Positions 27,477-38,233 of a stretch of 64,000 nt of DNA are shown here, one piece after another. Origin of the DNA: Sphingobacteriales bacterium (GTDB lineage Bacteria > Bacteroidota > Bacteroidia > Chitinophagales > JADJOU01); the NCBI GenBank assembly GCA_021297855.1, contig JAJTHM010000045.1:233-64232 (forward strand), given 5' to 3'. How positions within the stretch are numbered: position 1 is the first letter of the stretch; each line of letters begins with the position of its first letter. Position numbers and translations under genes: made by a program. The notes under the pieces are model-generated. The model made no database searches and had not been told where the DNA came from. It saw nothing but the letters and a program-made list of their open reading frames with translations.

Positions 27477-29477
27477 ATGTCATTAGAAAGTAAAATACCA
27501 GCAGGAAATATTTCAGAAAAATGGACTAATTTTAAGTCTAACTGTAAATTGGTCAATCCAGCGAATAAGCGTTCGATTGATGTCATAGTTGTAGGAACAG
27601 GATTGGCTGGTAGTTCGGCTGCTGCATCCCTAGCAGAGATGGGTTATAATGTCAAGGCATTTTGTTTTCAAGATAGTCCCCGCAGGGCACATTCTATAGC
27701 TGCTCAGGGTGGTATCAATGCAGCGAAGAATTATCAGAATGATGGTGATAGTGCCTATAGATTGTTTTACGATACCATCAAAGGAGGAGATTATAGAGCA
27801 AGGGAGGCCAATGTGCATAGATTGGCAGAAGTTTCCGCCAGCATAATCGATCAATGCGTAGCGCAAGGTGTTCCTTTTGCTAGAGATTATGGTGGATTAT
27901 TAGATAATCGTTCTTTCGGGGGCACACAGGTTCAGCGTACTTTTTATGCAGCAGGTCAAACTGGTCAGCAGCTTTTGTTGGGGGCTTATTCGGCTCTTTC
28001 TCGTCAAATAGCCAAGGGTACTGTAGTTATGTACAATAGACATGAAATGCTCGATATTGTCATCATAGATGGAAAAGCGAGAGGTATTATCGCTCGAAAT
28101 TTGATGACAGGAGAAATCGAAAGGCATTCGGCACATGCAGTATTGCTCTGTACAGGAGGTTATGGGAATGTATTTTTCTTATCGACCAACGCAATGGGCA
28201 GCAATGTGACAGCGGCTTGGAAGGCTTATAAAAAAGGAGCTTATTTTGCTAATCCGTGTTACACACAGATACATCCAACTTGTATCCCCGTGAGTGGTGA
28301 CCATCAGTCCAAACTGACTTTGATGTCCGAATCATTGAGAAATGATGGTAGGATATGGGTACCAGCAAAGCTTGAAGATGCCAAGGCAATCCGTGAAGGA
28401 AAATTGAAGCCTACTCAACTGAAAGAAGAAGAACGAGATTATTACTTAGAGAGAAGATACCCAGCTTTTGGCAACCTGGTTCCGAGAGATATAGCTTCCC
28501 GAGCAGCCAAAGAGCGCTGTGATGCGGGCTTTGGGGTCAATAAAACAGGTGAAGCGGTATATCTAGACTATTCAGCTGCCTTCGTTCGATACGGAAAGAC
28601 GCAAGCCAAACTCAAGAATATAGAAAACCCGTCGGAGGAGGAAATATTGGCACTAGGTAAGGCTGTTGTGAAAGAAAAATATGGCAATCTTTTCCAGATG
28701 TATGAAAAGATCGTAGATGAAAATCCATATGAAACGCCGATGATGATTTATCCAGCGGTGCATTATACGATGGGTGGTCTTTGGGTAGATTATCATTTGA
28801 TGACCTCTATACCTGGTTGCTATGCACTAGGAGAAGCGAATTTCAGCGATCATGGAGCGAATAGACTAGGCGCTTCGGCTTTGATGCAAGGTCTGGCTGA
28901 TGGATATTTCGTGATTCCATATACCATTGGAGAATATTTGTCGAGTGAAATCAGAACGGGTCCTATTTCTGAAGATTTGCCTGAATTTGTAGAAGCTGAG
29001 AAAAAAGTTGTAGATATGCTGAATCAGTTCGTCAATAACAAAGGATCACATTCGGTGGATTATTACCACAAAAAATTGGGTAAGATCATGTGGGATAAGT
29101 GTGGTATGGCGCGAAATGAGGCAGGATTGAATCAAGCAATTACAGAAATTCAAGCATTGAGAAAAGAGTTCTGGGCAGAAGTTAAAGTGCCTGGCAAGGT
29201 AAATGAGCTCAATCCAGAACTAGAAAAAGCAGCAAGAGTGGCGGACTTCATCGAATTAGGTGAACTTATGTGTCGCGATGCTTTGATGCGAAATGAAAGC
29301 TGCGGTGGACATTTCCGTGAAGAATATCAAGACTCTGAAGGAGAAACTCTGCGCGATGATGAAAATTTCAAATTCGTAGGAGCTTGGCAATTCAATGGAG
29401 TAGAAGCAGATCCTACCCTGCATAAGGAAGAACTTGTCTATGAGAATATTAAGATAGCGAGTCGAAATTATAAATAG
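27477..29477 (+). CDS. sdhA: succinate dehydrogenase/fumarate reductase flavoprotein subunit
   Basis: FAD motif [30 protein letters not shown] and NRLGASAL. 666 aa. Confidence 0.92.
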   Translation: MSLESKIPAGNISEKWTNFKSNCKLVNPANKRSIDVIVVGTGLAGSSAAASLAEMGYNVKAFCFQDSPRRAHSIAAQGGINAAKNYQNDGDSAYRLFYDTIKGGDYRAREANVHRLAEVSASIIDQCVAQGVPFARDYGGLLDNRSFGGTQVQRTFYAAGQTGQQLLLGAYSALSRQIAKGTVVMYNRHEMLDIVIIDGKARGIIARNLMTGEIERHSAHAVLLCTGGYGNVFFLSTNAMGSNVTAAWKAYKKGAYFANPCYTQIHPTCIPVSGDHQSKLTLMSESLRNDGRIWVPAKLEDAKAIREGKLKPTQLKEEERDYYLERRYPAFGNLVPRDIASRAAKERCDAGFGVNKTGEAVYLDYSAAFVRYGKTQAKLKNIENPSEEEILALGKAVVKEKYGNLFQMYEKIVDENPYETPMMIYPAVHYTMGGLWVDYHLMTSIPGCYALGEANFSDHGANRLGASALMQGLADGYFVIPYTIGEYLSSEIRTGPISEDLPEFVEAEKKVVDMLNQFVNNKGSHSVDYYHKKLGKIMWDKCGMARNEAGLNQAITEIQALRKEFWAEVKVPGKVNELNPELEKAARVADFIELGELMCRDALMRNESCGGHFREEYQDSEGETLRDDENFKFVGAWQFNGVEADPTLHKEELVYENIKIASRNYK

Positions 29478-29600
29478 TTATCTAGTGGAAAGACAAAGTT
29501 TAAGGGTTGTTAACCAATTTCATTAACTACCGTGGATACTTATTTGGGTCTTGCGAAGTATGAAAAATGGATACAATATCAATTAAACTCATTTCTTCAA

Positions 29601-29828
29601 TTAAACAATGGATGATAATATAGGGAAATTTAGGCAGCGGAAATACTCTATAATCAGAAATTTTTTCTTCAAAGAAAGGTGCTTAAGCAATATTTGAAAA
29701 CACTCATCTAGTTCTTCATCGAAGTTAAATACAATTCTAGGACTGATTTGTAAATAATAATTTAACGCAAGTTCAATATCAGCTACAGCTTCTTTTCTTA
29801 GCGTAATTTCAAAAGCCATAATCAGCAT
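29601..29828 (-). pseudogene. degenerate ParE/RelE-like toxin remnant, with an antitoxin C-terminal remnant just upstream
   Basis: FEITLRKEAVADIELALNYY...FDEELDECFQIL follows the ParE-like N-terminal pattern. Manual translation of 29823-29925 (minus strand) gives ...ESITLNELKSRIKDKYADYGF* with no start codon. Confidence 0.35.
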
Positions 29829-30003
29829 ATTTGTCTTTAATTCTTGACTTTAGTTCATTTAAGGTAATAGATTCATCAAGCGAAACAGAGCGTCTTGATT
29901 CTAATCTTGAATCATTTTAGGAGTGAATACATTTTCAAATTAATCTACTTTATTCTCAAATGAAATATCCTTAAACTCGGCAAGCATTTGTTTGTAATAA
30001 CTA

Positions 30004-30129
30004 ATACCAATAGCGGTTTTAAAATGGTCCAACCCATTTTAAAACCTTGCTATGGTAGATGCCGTAGCTGTATTTGTTTAGTGCAATGAGCCATGCGACA
30101 TTGGACTATTACTAATACGCTTACGGTAT
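30004..30129 (+). repeat. 126-bp dispersed repeat, family C (copy 2)
   Basis: One mismatch to 6958-7083. Confidence 0.85.
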
Positions 30130-30237
30130 AAGTTTATTGTCCGGTATATGAATAGTAATCAATGCCATATCAATTTGTTTAATACAAAAATAACGATCTT
30201 ATGGTGAATTTGTTAGAAGATCCTTAATGTACAGGTA

Positions 30238-30600
30238 TCAAAAACTAATTTTCGTGCCCAGAACAATTGCTACTAAACAAAGAGTAAATTTACCAATAGA
30301 ATATAAAAGCACTTGTCCCCAAGCACCTGAATTAATTTGCTGTAAGACTTCATAACTAAACGTGGAATAAGTGCTCATGCCTCCACAAATTCCAATAGCA
30401 ATGAGGAGTTTTAGTTGATTGTTTTCATTATGCTGAATGAGGTAATTCATCGTTATTCCTAATATAAAACATGCTAAAACATTAGAAATAAGTGTGTAAA
30501 TAGGAAGGATGAAATTGTATTTATTGAGCAATAGAGACAACGCATATCGAATGCATCCGCCAACTCCACTGCCTAGAAAAACATAAAGGAAATTTTGCAC
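30238..30600 (-). CDS. crcB: fluoride ion channel CrcB/FluC
   Basis: 120 aa, 4 TM segments, GSGVGGCIRY and GGMSTYSTFS motifs. Confidence 0.85.
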   Translation of the reverse strand: MQNFLYVFLGSGVGGCIRYALSLLLNKYNFILPIYTLISNVLACFILGITMNYLIQHNENNQLKLLIAIGICGGMSTYSTFSYEVLQQINSGAWGQVLLYSIGKFTLCLVAIVLGTKISF

Positions 30601-31832
30601 TAATCAATGCTGGATAATGAGTTTTCAATAATGCCAACGGCCTCTATGATTTGAGCTTCATTAATGACAAGTGGTGGCGCAAAACGAATGATATTGCCAT
30701 GAGTTGGTTTTGCTAGTAAGCCATTTTCTGCCATTTTTATACAAATATTCCATGCGGTCTTACTTTCTTGGGTGTCGTTTATTTCTAATGCATTAAGCAA
30801 TCCTCGTCCTCTTATTTCTTTAATCCACTTAGACTTCACTTTGCCTAATTCTGTTCTAAACAATACACCCATTTTCTCTGCGTTCTCAGCTAGTTTTTCC
30901 TCTATCACTACTTTTAGAGCTTCGGTAGCTACTGCACAAGCCAATGGATTTCCACCATAGGTAGATCCATGCTCACCAGGTTTAATGCAGAGCATAATAT
31001 CGTCATCGGCAAGTACGGCAGATACTGGCAACACTCCACCTGATAAAGCTTTGCCAAGGATGAGCATATCGGGCTTTATGCCCATATGATCACAAGCTAA
31101 CATTTTACCTGTTCGTGCGATTCCTGTCTGAATTTCGTCAGCTATAAATAGAACTTTATTTTCTTTACAGATTTGAGCACAAGATTTTAGATAATCATCC
31201 TCTGGTATAATGATACCAGCTTCACCTTGTATGGGCTCTATAAAGAATCCTACAATGTTTTTATTAGTTGAAATTTCTGTTTTAAAAGCCTCTAAATTTC
31301 CATATTCTACCACTTTTAGATTGGGTAGATAAGGCCCAAAATCATTTCGGCTACTAGCTTCGGTACTCGCCGAAATGATGGCTAATGTTCTACCATGAAA
31401 ATTTCCTGTAGCAAACAATATAACTGCTTCATTTTGAGGAATACCCTTTTTGAGATAAGCCCATTTTCTGCAAAGCTTCAAGGCCGTTTCTACAGCCTCA
31501 GCACCAGAATTCATAGGTAATAATTTGTCGTATCCAAACAACTTGGTGACAAATTCTTCGTATTTCCCGAGTTCACTATTGTAAAATGCTCGAGAAGTCA
31601 AGGTGATTTTTTTTGCTTGATCTGTCAGAGCTTTTAAGATTCTCGGATGGCTGTGTCCTTGGTTGACAGCGGAATATGCTGAGAGAAAGTCAAAATATCT
31701 CTTTCCATCCACGTCCCACACATAAACACCTTTACCCCTCTCCAGCACGACTGGAATAGGATGATAGTTATGCGCTCCATATCTTTCTTCTATGGATATT
31801 AATTGCTCACTTAAAGACATGGTTTGATTCAT
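30600..31832 (-). CDS. rocD: ornithine aminotransferase (class III PLP aminotransferase)
   Basis: YGAHNYHPIPVVLERGKGVYVWDVDGKRYFDFLSAYSAVNQGH and ADEIQTG...LGKALSGG. Confidence 0.85.
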   Translation of the reverse strand: MNQTMSLSEQLISIEERYGAHNYHPIPVVLERGKGVYVWDVDGKRYFDFLSAYSAVNQGHSHPRILKALTDQAKKITLTSRAFYNSELGKYEEFVTKLFGYDKLLPMNSGAEAVETALKLCRKWAYLKKGIPQNEAVILFATGNFHGRTLAIISASTEASSRNDFGPYLPNLKVVEYGNLEAFKTEISTNKNIVGFFIEPIQGEAGIIIPEDDYLKSCAQICKENKVLFIADEIQTGIARTGKMLACDHMGIKPDMLILGKALSGGVLPVSAVLADDDIMLCIKPGEHGSTYGGNPLACAVATEALKVVIEEKLAENAEKMGVLFRTELGKVKSKWIKEIRGRGLLNALEINDTQESKTAWNICIKMAENGLLAKPTHGNIIRFAPPLVINEAQIIEAVGIIENSLSSID

Positions 31833-31937
31833 GTTTAATCAATTAGAAATAGTTATCCTTTGGCAAAAAGTAATCGTAAGTTTGTATCGTCAATAAGTCA
31901 AAAAAATTAAAACGTATAATTCACCACTTACAACTAG

Positions 31938-33359
31938 TTAAGGCCAAATACCCATCTGAGCATAATCGCTACCTACCTTGTTTAGAGCGACTATAAATGC
32001 AGCAGTGCGCATATCATATTGACCATTGCCGTTCTTCCATTGTTGACGAATCGTTGAGTAGGCCTTTGCCATGGTATCAGCCAAGCCAGAATTAACTAAA
32101 TCTACCTCTTCAGGTCCTTTAGTGAACATTTTGCGCTCCATTTCATCCATTTTCTTGCCTGTCATCTTTTCTAGAAGAGCAGCGATATCTGCATTGTGTT
32201 CCTCTTCATGTTTCTTTTGCATTCTGCCAAATCGAACGTGTGATAAGTTTTTTAACCATTCGAAATAGGAGACAGTAACACCGCCAGCATTGATATACAT
32301 ATCAGGAATAATCAGTACTCCTTTTGAAAACAATATTTCTGAAGCCTCTGCTGATACTGGACCATTAGCCGCTTCACCGATCACTTTGGCTTTGATATTT
32401 TCTACATTCGCCATGGTGATTTGATTTTCTAAGGCTGCAGGTATTAATATATCACATGCTAATTCTAAAGCATCCGAACTTTTCGCCATATTGGTAGAAC
32501 CAGGGAAATTCAAAATAGAACCTGTCGCCTTTCTATGCTGAAATACGGCTTCGACATCAAGACCATTTTCATTAAATATAGCGCCTTCGTATTCTGCAAT
32601 AGAAACTACCTTACAGCCATACTGCTGCATAAATAGTGCCGAGTAGTAGCCTACATTGCCTAAACCTTGCACCACAACGGTTTTTCCTTCTAGTCCTGTG
32701 GTCAAGCCAAGCGCTTTCATGTCATCTTCATAGCTAAATACTTCTTTTAATGCGTAAGAAACACCTCGACCTGTGGCTGCTGTTCTACCCGCTACACCAC
32801 CCAGACTCACTGGTTTACCTGTGACACAACCTAGTCCATCTAGTTCACCATTGCTAAATGTCATATAGGTATCTACAATCCATGCCATTTCTCGTTCTCC
32901 AGAACCATAATCTGGCGCTGGAACATCAAGACCAGGACCTATAAAATTTTTCTTGATAAGTTCAGAAGTATATCTTCTAGTTACTTTTTCAACTATTTCC
33001 GCAGGCTCGTTTTTAGAGTCAATTTTTATTCCCCCTTTAGCACCACCAAATGGTACATCAACTAAGGCACATTTATATGTCATAAGGGATGCCAAAGCCA
33101 TGACTTCTTCCTGATCTATATGCATACTGTATCGGATGCCACCTTTGGTAGGCATTCTGTGATGACTATGCTGAACTCTGTACGCCTCGAAAACACGCAC
33201 CTTCCCGTCCTCTCCTTTCACAGGAAAATTTAAGCGTAATACATTATTACAAGTTTTGATTTGTGACAATAATCCTTCTTCCATATTGATAAATTTGGAA
33301 GCTTTATCGGTATAGTAGCCTACACCTTCAAAAAAACTGAGTTCTTTTTTTGCTGACAT
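31938..33359 (-). CDS. Glu/Leu/Phe/Val-family (glutamate) dehydrogenase
   Basis: KGGIRY, VPFGGAKGGI and the Rossmann motif VQGLGNVG. 473 aa. Confidence 0.85.
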   Translation of the reverse strand: MSAKKELSFFEGVGYYTDKASKFINMEEGLLSQIKTCNNVLRLNFPVKGEDGKVRVFEAYRVQHSHHRMPTKGGIRYSMHIDQEEVMALASLMTYKCALVDVPFGGAKGGIKIDSKNEPAEIVEKVTRRYTSELIKKNFIGPGLDVPAPDYGSGEREMAWIVDTYMTFSNGELDGLGCVTGKPVSLGGVAGRTAATGRGVSYALKEVFSYEDDMKALGLTTGLEGKTVVVQGLGNVGYYSALFMQQYGCKVVSIAEYEGAIFNENGLDVEAVFQHRKATGSILNFPGSTNMAKSSDALELACDILIPAALENQITMANVENIKAKVIGEAANGPVSAEASEILFSKGVLIIPDMYINAGGVTVSYFEWLKNLSHVRFGRMQKKHEEEHNADIAALLEKMTGKKMDEMERKMFTKGPEEVDLVNSGLADTMAKAYSTIRQQWKNGNGQYDMRTAAFIVALNKVGSDYAQMGIWP

Positions 33360-33371
33360 GTTTTGAAAAAA

Positions 33372-33497
33372 TTATTTTTTTAGTTGTTTGGATAGATGTA
33401 ATAATGCGAAACTAATTCCTAGGAAAATAATAAACAAAACAATCACCACGACGGCGAATTTATCACTATTAACTACCCATTGATTGAGACTTTCCAT
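33372..33497 (-). CDS. possible 41-aa single-TM peptide upstream of gdh
   Basis: Manual translation gives MESLNQWVVNSDKFAVVVIVLFIIFLGISFALLHLSKQLKK. Too short for the ORF track. Confidence 0.2.
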   Translation of the reverse strand: MESLNQWVVNSDKFAVVVIVLFIIFLGISFALLHLSKQLKK

Positions 33498-33822
33498 TTT
33501 TCTCGCTTATTACAAAGTATAAAGAAGCAAAAGTAAGCCTTTTGACATGCTAATTGGAATCTTTTTTCAACAATAATAGCCTATATTGTGGAATTTCAGG
33601 ATGTTATATTGAAATTAGAATTTGCACGGATAATAATACTCAAACACGGACAGACCTAGCTTTAGATCCAAATCATTGGGAAATTATACTTATTGGCGGC
33701 AAACCATGATTTGAAATTTTCATTAAACGGAGATGTCATATTATAAAAAATGGGGTTTGTCAGTTAAACCTTAACGTAATTTGCATCATCTTAGAATCAT
33801 AAATAGTTTAATTAATTAATAT

Positions 33823-34248
33823 ATGAAGAAGTTATTTTTAGTATTAGCTCTTATGACAAATGGTACAGCATCCCTTATGGCGTTTCAAACTGCTCCAGCC
33901 CAGGCTGGCACAGCCCAAGAAAGAGCTAAAAAAGGCGCAGACTATATGTCTAAGGAATTAGGTCTAAGCGATGACCAAAAGGCAAAATGGGAAGCAGCTG
34001 CTCTGGAGAGAATTATAGCCAATGCGCCTGCAGTAGAGAAGCTGAAGGGAAGCACGACTCCTCAAGAAAGGAAATCTATGCGTGCTGCCATCAAATCAAA
34101 TCAGGAAAGGTTTGACGCTGCGGTATCGGCTTTTTTAACCGCCGAGCAAAAGACGAAATATAATGCAGTGAAGGAATCTATCAAAAAGAAAATGATAGAA
34201 AGAGTCAAGCATAGAAAGAGCCAAGAAGGCGCAGATATAGACTTTTGA
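33823..34248 (+). CDS. secreted helical protein with LTxxQ-like motifs (Spy/CpxP-like)
   Basis: Signal peptide. LSDDQKAKW and LTAEQKTKY motifs. Confidence 0.4.
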   Translation: MKKLFLVLALMTNGTASLMAFQTAPAQAGTAQERAKKGADYMSKELGLSDDQKAKWEAAALERIIANAPAVEKLKGSTTPQERKSMRAAIKSNQERFDAAVSAFLTAEQKTKYNAVKESIKKKMIERVKHRKSQEGADIDF

Positions 34249-34733
34249 CGAATTTATACTGACGTTCGTTATAGCCCTTCTACATTAAATTATAGATTAT
34301 ACATAATGTCGGCTCCCCTATGTTCTGGGCATAGAATTTGCAGTCTCCGCTCGCAGTAGGGTGAAGAAATGTTTCACGAAGTTGGAACTTTGTTAAAATT
34401 TAGGTCAATTCGTAATTTAAGAAGAAACGTTCGGTCATTGAAGGCAATAAGAGTGAAGAATCAGAATGATGAAAAGTGTATTGAGAAATAAAAGATTCCA
34501 CTACACTACGACAACTTGTCCTGTTGAAACGATAGAATCACAGATTCTGAGCGGTTTGTTAATACAAATGTATTAGCAACTTTCCACCCATACTCATTTA
34601 CTAATCATTCAATGATTGGTAAATCGGTAGAAGTAGCTTCTTTAATCCAAATTAATCATTAGAAATTATTAATCGCATAATATTTTGTAATTCAGCCAAA
34701 TAAAATTTGACTGAAACAAAATCTATATCGGGT

Positions 34734-35723
34734 TTAATTTTCATGTTCATTAATTTTATCAATAATCTTTTCAGTTAGTATTTTGAAATCAATGTAAGCA
34801 CTTCTCACAGCATTTAAATGAGCACCTATTGCACCATCAGATGGCTTTAATAAGAAAATAGGCTTTCTTGATTCCATAGCCATAGGAATAAGACTATGAT
34901 AATGCTTCAGAAGAGATAAACAATTTTCGTCTTCATCAACAGTTTTATCGATAAGTAGTGATCCCTTCAAAACCGCTTCTACAAAAACTCGTGGAATTCT
35001 ATTAGCCCATTTTAAATAAGACTTTACTGGACGACTTTCTTTAATACCATGCTGCATAATAACATACCCTAGAGGCTTTATTGCAGAATGCGGCAATTTC
35101 AAATCTTTATCTGGATTTTCAGTTTTCCTCTTATCCCATTCTTTTCTCCATTTATCTAATCTGCTTCCAAGGTTTTTGAGACCTTGCAAAGAAAACAAAT
35201 CTGCTGCCATAGGCACAACTACATAATCAACCGCAATAAGTGTTGCTCTATTAATTGCTCCAAAGTTGGGACCAATATCAATTACACAGTAATCTGCATT
35301 CATTCGATTCCCAGATTCATCAATTGCTCTATAAAAAGATGAAATTATCCTGAAAGCTGCCTCATCGCCATCATTGCATTTTCCCCAATTTTCACTTAAT
35401 TTATCTTCAAACATTGATAGTTCTAGGTCGCCTGCTAGTAATCCTATTTTATCAGTTATTGTATGTATTGTTGCAGGTTTTATATCGCCAATACCTCTAT
35501 CTAAGGGTTTTACTGCATCTAAAATTGTTGGTCTTTCATTTTCATTTTCATAAATATCCGCCAACTTCTCATCGCTAAGAAACATTGAAGTTAGATTTGC
35601 CTGTGGATCTAAATCTACAGCTAAACATCTGTAACCCAGCTCAGCTAACATGTATGAGAAATGATAGACTAATGTTGTTTTGCCAACTCCACCTTTATTA
35701 TTAAAGAAAGCTATTGTTTTCAT
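34734..35723 (-). CDS. ParA/MinD-superfamily ATPase (orphan, no ParB nearby)
   Basis: Deviant Walker A NNKGGVGKTT, then DLDPQANLT and VIDIGPNFG. 329 aa. Confidence 0.8.
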   Translation of the reverse strand: MKTIAFFNNKGGVGKTTLVYHFSYMLAELGYRCLAVDLDPQANLTSMFLSDEKLADIYENENERPTILDAVKPLDRGIGDIKPATIHTITDKIGLLAGDLELSMFEDKLSENWGKCNDGDEAAFRIISSFYRAIDESGNRMNADYCVIDIGPNFGAINRATLIAVDYVVVPMAADLFSLQGLKNLGSRLDKWRKEWDKRKTENPDKDLKLPHSAIKPLGYVIMQHGIKESRPVKSYLKWANRIPRVFVEAVLKGSLLIDKTVDEDENCLSLLKHYHSLIPMAMESRKPIFLLKPSDGAIGAHLNAVRSAYIDFKILTEKIIDKINEHEN

Positions 35724-36904
35724 TCTGGTTTTTTATATATTATGGCGGAAAAACTAGTTGGTTGATCAAACAAAAATTCTGGCTCTGGATTCCCATTTTT
35801 TATTAATGCAGCACTAGCCCTTTGCACACCTAAATTAAATCTGTTTACATAACCTAAGTTATATGCTGCTTCAGCTATTGTTGGATTCCTATAATCATTT
35901 TCTCTTGGAAAATTTTCAGGTCTGGCTTTACCAAACAAACCACCTGCATTGGATATTTCAATCCTATTATTGAATTCATAAAACTTGATAGCGGCATTCG
36001 ACTGGTAATCTCTATGGATAATGGCATTAAATAGTAATTCTTTAATAGCTGAAATAGGCAAATTAAACTGATGTTCTTCCCCAATATTATACAAAACCTT
36101 TCTTATAATATTCGATTTGATAAACTCTTCCATGACTCTCATTTGGGTGCATAAATCACCTTCAAATCTTGTCTCAAAATCAAAATCACTAACTTCGTCA
36201 TCACCACTAAACCGAACATATTGAACAGCAGCACCGTGAATGAAAAATCGAGGGTTGGCTCCAAACATCAAGATAGCCGCATTGGTGGGGCAATCCGCAT
36301 TTAGGTCATAAAACTTTAATGAGGCTAATTGTTCCTTTATTTCTCTGCCATTGGCTAATAATGATTCTTCATCAATTGCAGTAGGTAAATAGGTAAGTTT
36401 GAAAATATCAATACTTATATCGCTTAAAGTGCTACCATAACAAGGTAAGGTATCCCAAGAAGTAGCAAAAGAACTTCTTTTTTCACTCAATATCCTTTCT
36501 TCAACATCTGTTGCATAGCCTTTTCGAGGGCCAATTCTAATACATACTTTCCCCTTAAATCTTGCTGGGGGCTGAAAACTTGGCTGAACCTCTGCCACCG
36601 CTACATAACCATCTGTGTATTCAAAACCTGCGACAACAATAACGGGTGGAGGAACTATCCTTCCATCAGTTCTATAATCCATCAATGTTTGAAGTATTTT
36701 TTCATCTTTTGGCAAACCACAGCGGCTTCCATTATCATTAACCCCTACAATTAAATAACCAGGTTTAATATGGGCAGGAAAGTCATTACAAAACGAGCAT
36801 ATTGCTTCTCCAAATTTGTTAGCATCATTTGTAGAAATTGTTTTTTCTACTCTATCTTGCTCTATATCGGCTATTAATTTATCTAATTCTTCTCTCGTTA
36901 TCAT
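35720..36904 (-). CDS. Schlafen/AlbA_2 domain + HATPase-like domain protein (COG2865-like, no C-terminal HTH)
   Basis: AlbA_2-like N-terminus ending GYLIVGVNDNG. C-terminal LLFNAIIHRDYQSN...IEISNAGGLFG matches the COG2865 ATPase-like module. ATGA overlap with the ParA-like gene. Confidence 0.65.
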   Translation of the reverse strand: MITREELDKLIADIEQDRVEKTISTNDANKFGEAICSFCNDFPAHIKPGYLIVGVNDNGSRCGLPKDEKILQTLMDYRTDGRIVPPPVIVVAGFEYTDGYVAVAEVQPSFQPPARFKGKVCIRIGPRKGYATDVEERILSEKRSSFATSWDTLPCYGSTLSDISIDIFKLTYLPTAIDEESLLANGREIKEQLASLKFYDLNADCPTNAAILMFGANPRFFIHGAAVQYVRFSGDDEVSDFDFETRFEGDLCTQMRVMEEFIKSNIIRKVLYNIGEEHQFNLPISAIKELLFNAIIHRDYQSNAAIKFYEFNNRIEISNAGGLFGKARPENFPRENDYRNPTIAEAAYNLGYVNRFNLGVQRASAALIKNGNPEPEFLFDQPTSFSAIIYKKPE

Positions 36905-36913
36905 AGTGCAAAT

Positions 36914-37027
36914 TTAGTTTATTTCAGTTTTTCTTTTAATTTCTTCTTCGAAATCATCTTCAACAAATTCAAAACCCCAAACATCTGTTAATACTTGATT
37001 GATTTTATTTTGGGCTTCGTTTTTCAT
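36914..37027 (-). CDS. possible 37-aa acidic peptide upstream of the Schlafen-like gene
   Basis: Manual translation gives MKNEAQNKINQVLTDVWGFEFVEDDFEEEIKRKTEIN. The stop lies 9 nt before the next ATG. Confidence 0.2.
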   Translation of the reverse strand: MKNEAQNKINQVLTDVWGFEFVEDDFEEEIKRKTEIN

Positions 37028-37501
37028 TTTTATTAATCGTGTCAAAACTTCAATTTGTGTCTAATTCTGAAACGATTTAATGTTGAATTTCTATTGTTGC
37101 TAAAGGAATTTCAATATTCGTACCCCTTTTTTTACTTCCAAACCATTGCCCAACTCCACTTGTTTTAACTTCTATAAAGATGTTAAAAGTGTCTTTACGT
37201 AAATGATAGCAGCCTAAATATCTGGGTAGTATATTTGAAGATGTTCGAAAGCAAGTCTATTTAAAATTTACTCATAAAAAACATTTATACAAATATACAT
37301 GATTTTTGGATTTTTTACCGCTTCGTTCATCTTAGTTCTATATAGTATTAGGCTACATTAGACATATTATACAAAGAATTCAGAGATTTCAAAACTCAGC
37401 GACAGAGTCATAGAATGCCGAACGGGAGATAATTGTGAATCTCAGCATTGATATAGATGTTCATGCCCTATTATATGGACTATATAGTTTTTCATTTGGT
37501 A

Positions 37502-38233
37502 TTACATGTTTTGTGTATAAAAGTTATAATCCTTTAACACCGTTTTGATAAAGTCTATATCATTTCCAGATACGTTTTTAGAGCCAGTTACCTCCTCGAT
37601 TTTGACGCGAAGCTTGCGAAGTGTTTCCGTATCCATCTTCTTGCTAGCTATCATAAAGGAATTTTTAATAATGCGTGCATCGTTGTCTGAAAGCTTGACC
37701 ACCAAGGGGTAGACAGGCTGATATGCTTCCCCAATATTTTCGAGGATAGTGCTATCTATGGTGTATTTATTTTTTAAAGAAATAACGGCAGTGCCCGCTG
37801 CCATATCGCCGAGTCTCTGCGAATTTTTACTAGAAACGATGGCCATAATACCTACGATGGCACTATTGGAATATATATCCACCAGACGCATGACCCAACG
37901 AATAAGATAATCGCCAAAACTAGCCTGATAGCCATCAATCTTGACCACCTTGGTTTTCATTATGCGCTTTCCTATGGTTTGACCTTCCAGCATGGTTTCT
38001 AGAAATAAGGAATAGAAAATGGCGGGGATAAAGAACACGATGTAAATAGCCATGATAGACCATTGGTCCATATCTCCTGTAAAGTCCAAATAGGATAAGA
38101 GCAAGGCTATAGTCAAAATATAGGCAAATTTGATAATCTCATCGATAAGATAGCCTAGCATTCGATCCCCAAAGGAGGCCAGGTTGAAATTGATATTGAC
38201 GTTTTGTGTAGTGTTGATCGCTACTTGGTCCAT
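37502..38233 (-). CDS. RDD family membrane protein
   Basis: GDRMLGYLIDEII and GQTIGKRIMKTKVV motifs with 3 TM segments. Confidence 0.75.
   Translation of the reverse strand: MDQVAINTTQNVNINFNLASFGDRMLGYLIDEIIKFAYILTIALLLSYLDFTGDMDQWSIMAIYIVFFIPAIFYSLFLETMLEGQTIGKRIMKTKVVKIDGYQASFGDYLIRWVMRLVDIYSNSAIVGIMAIVSSKNSQRLGDMAAGTAVISLKNKYTIDSTILENIGEAYQPVYPLVVKLSDNDARIIKNSFMIASKKMDTETLRKLRVKIEEVTGSKNVSGNDIDFIKTVLKDYNFYTQNM

Noticed and set aside
30590-30700. Fluoride riboswitch upstream of crcB
   Set aside because: The crcB start overlaps the rocD stop at 30600, so no intergenic leader exists. I see no crcB-motif-like sequence.
35875-36084. 69-aa alternative-frame ORF inside the Schlafen-like gene
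   Set aside because: It is same-strand and out of frame within a gene that has clear domain motifs. It is likely spurious.
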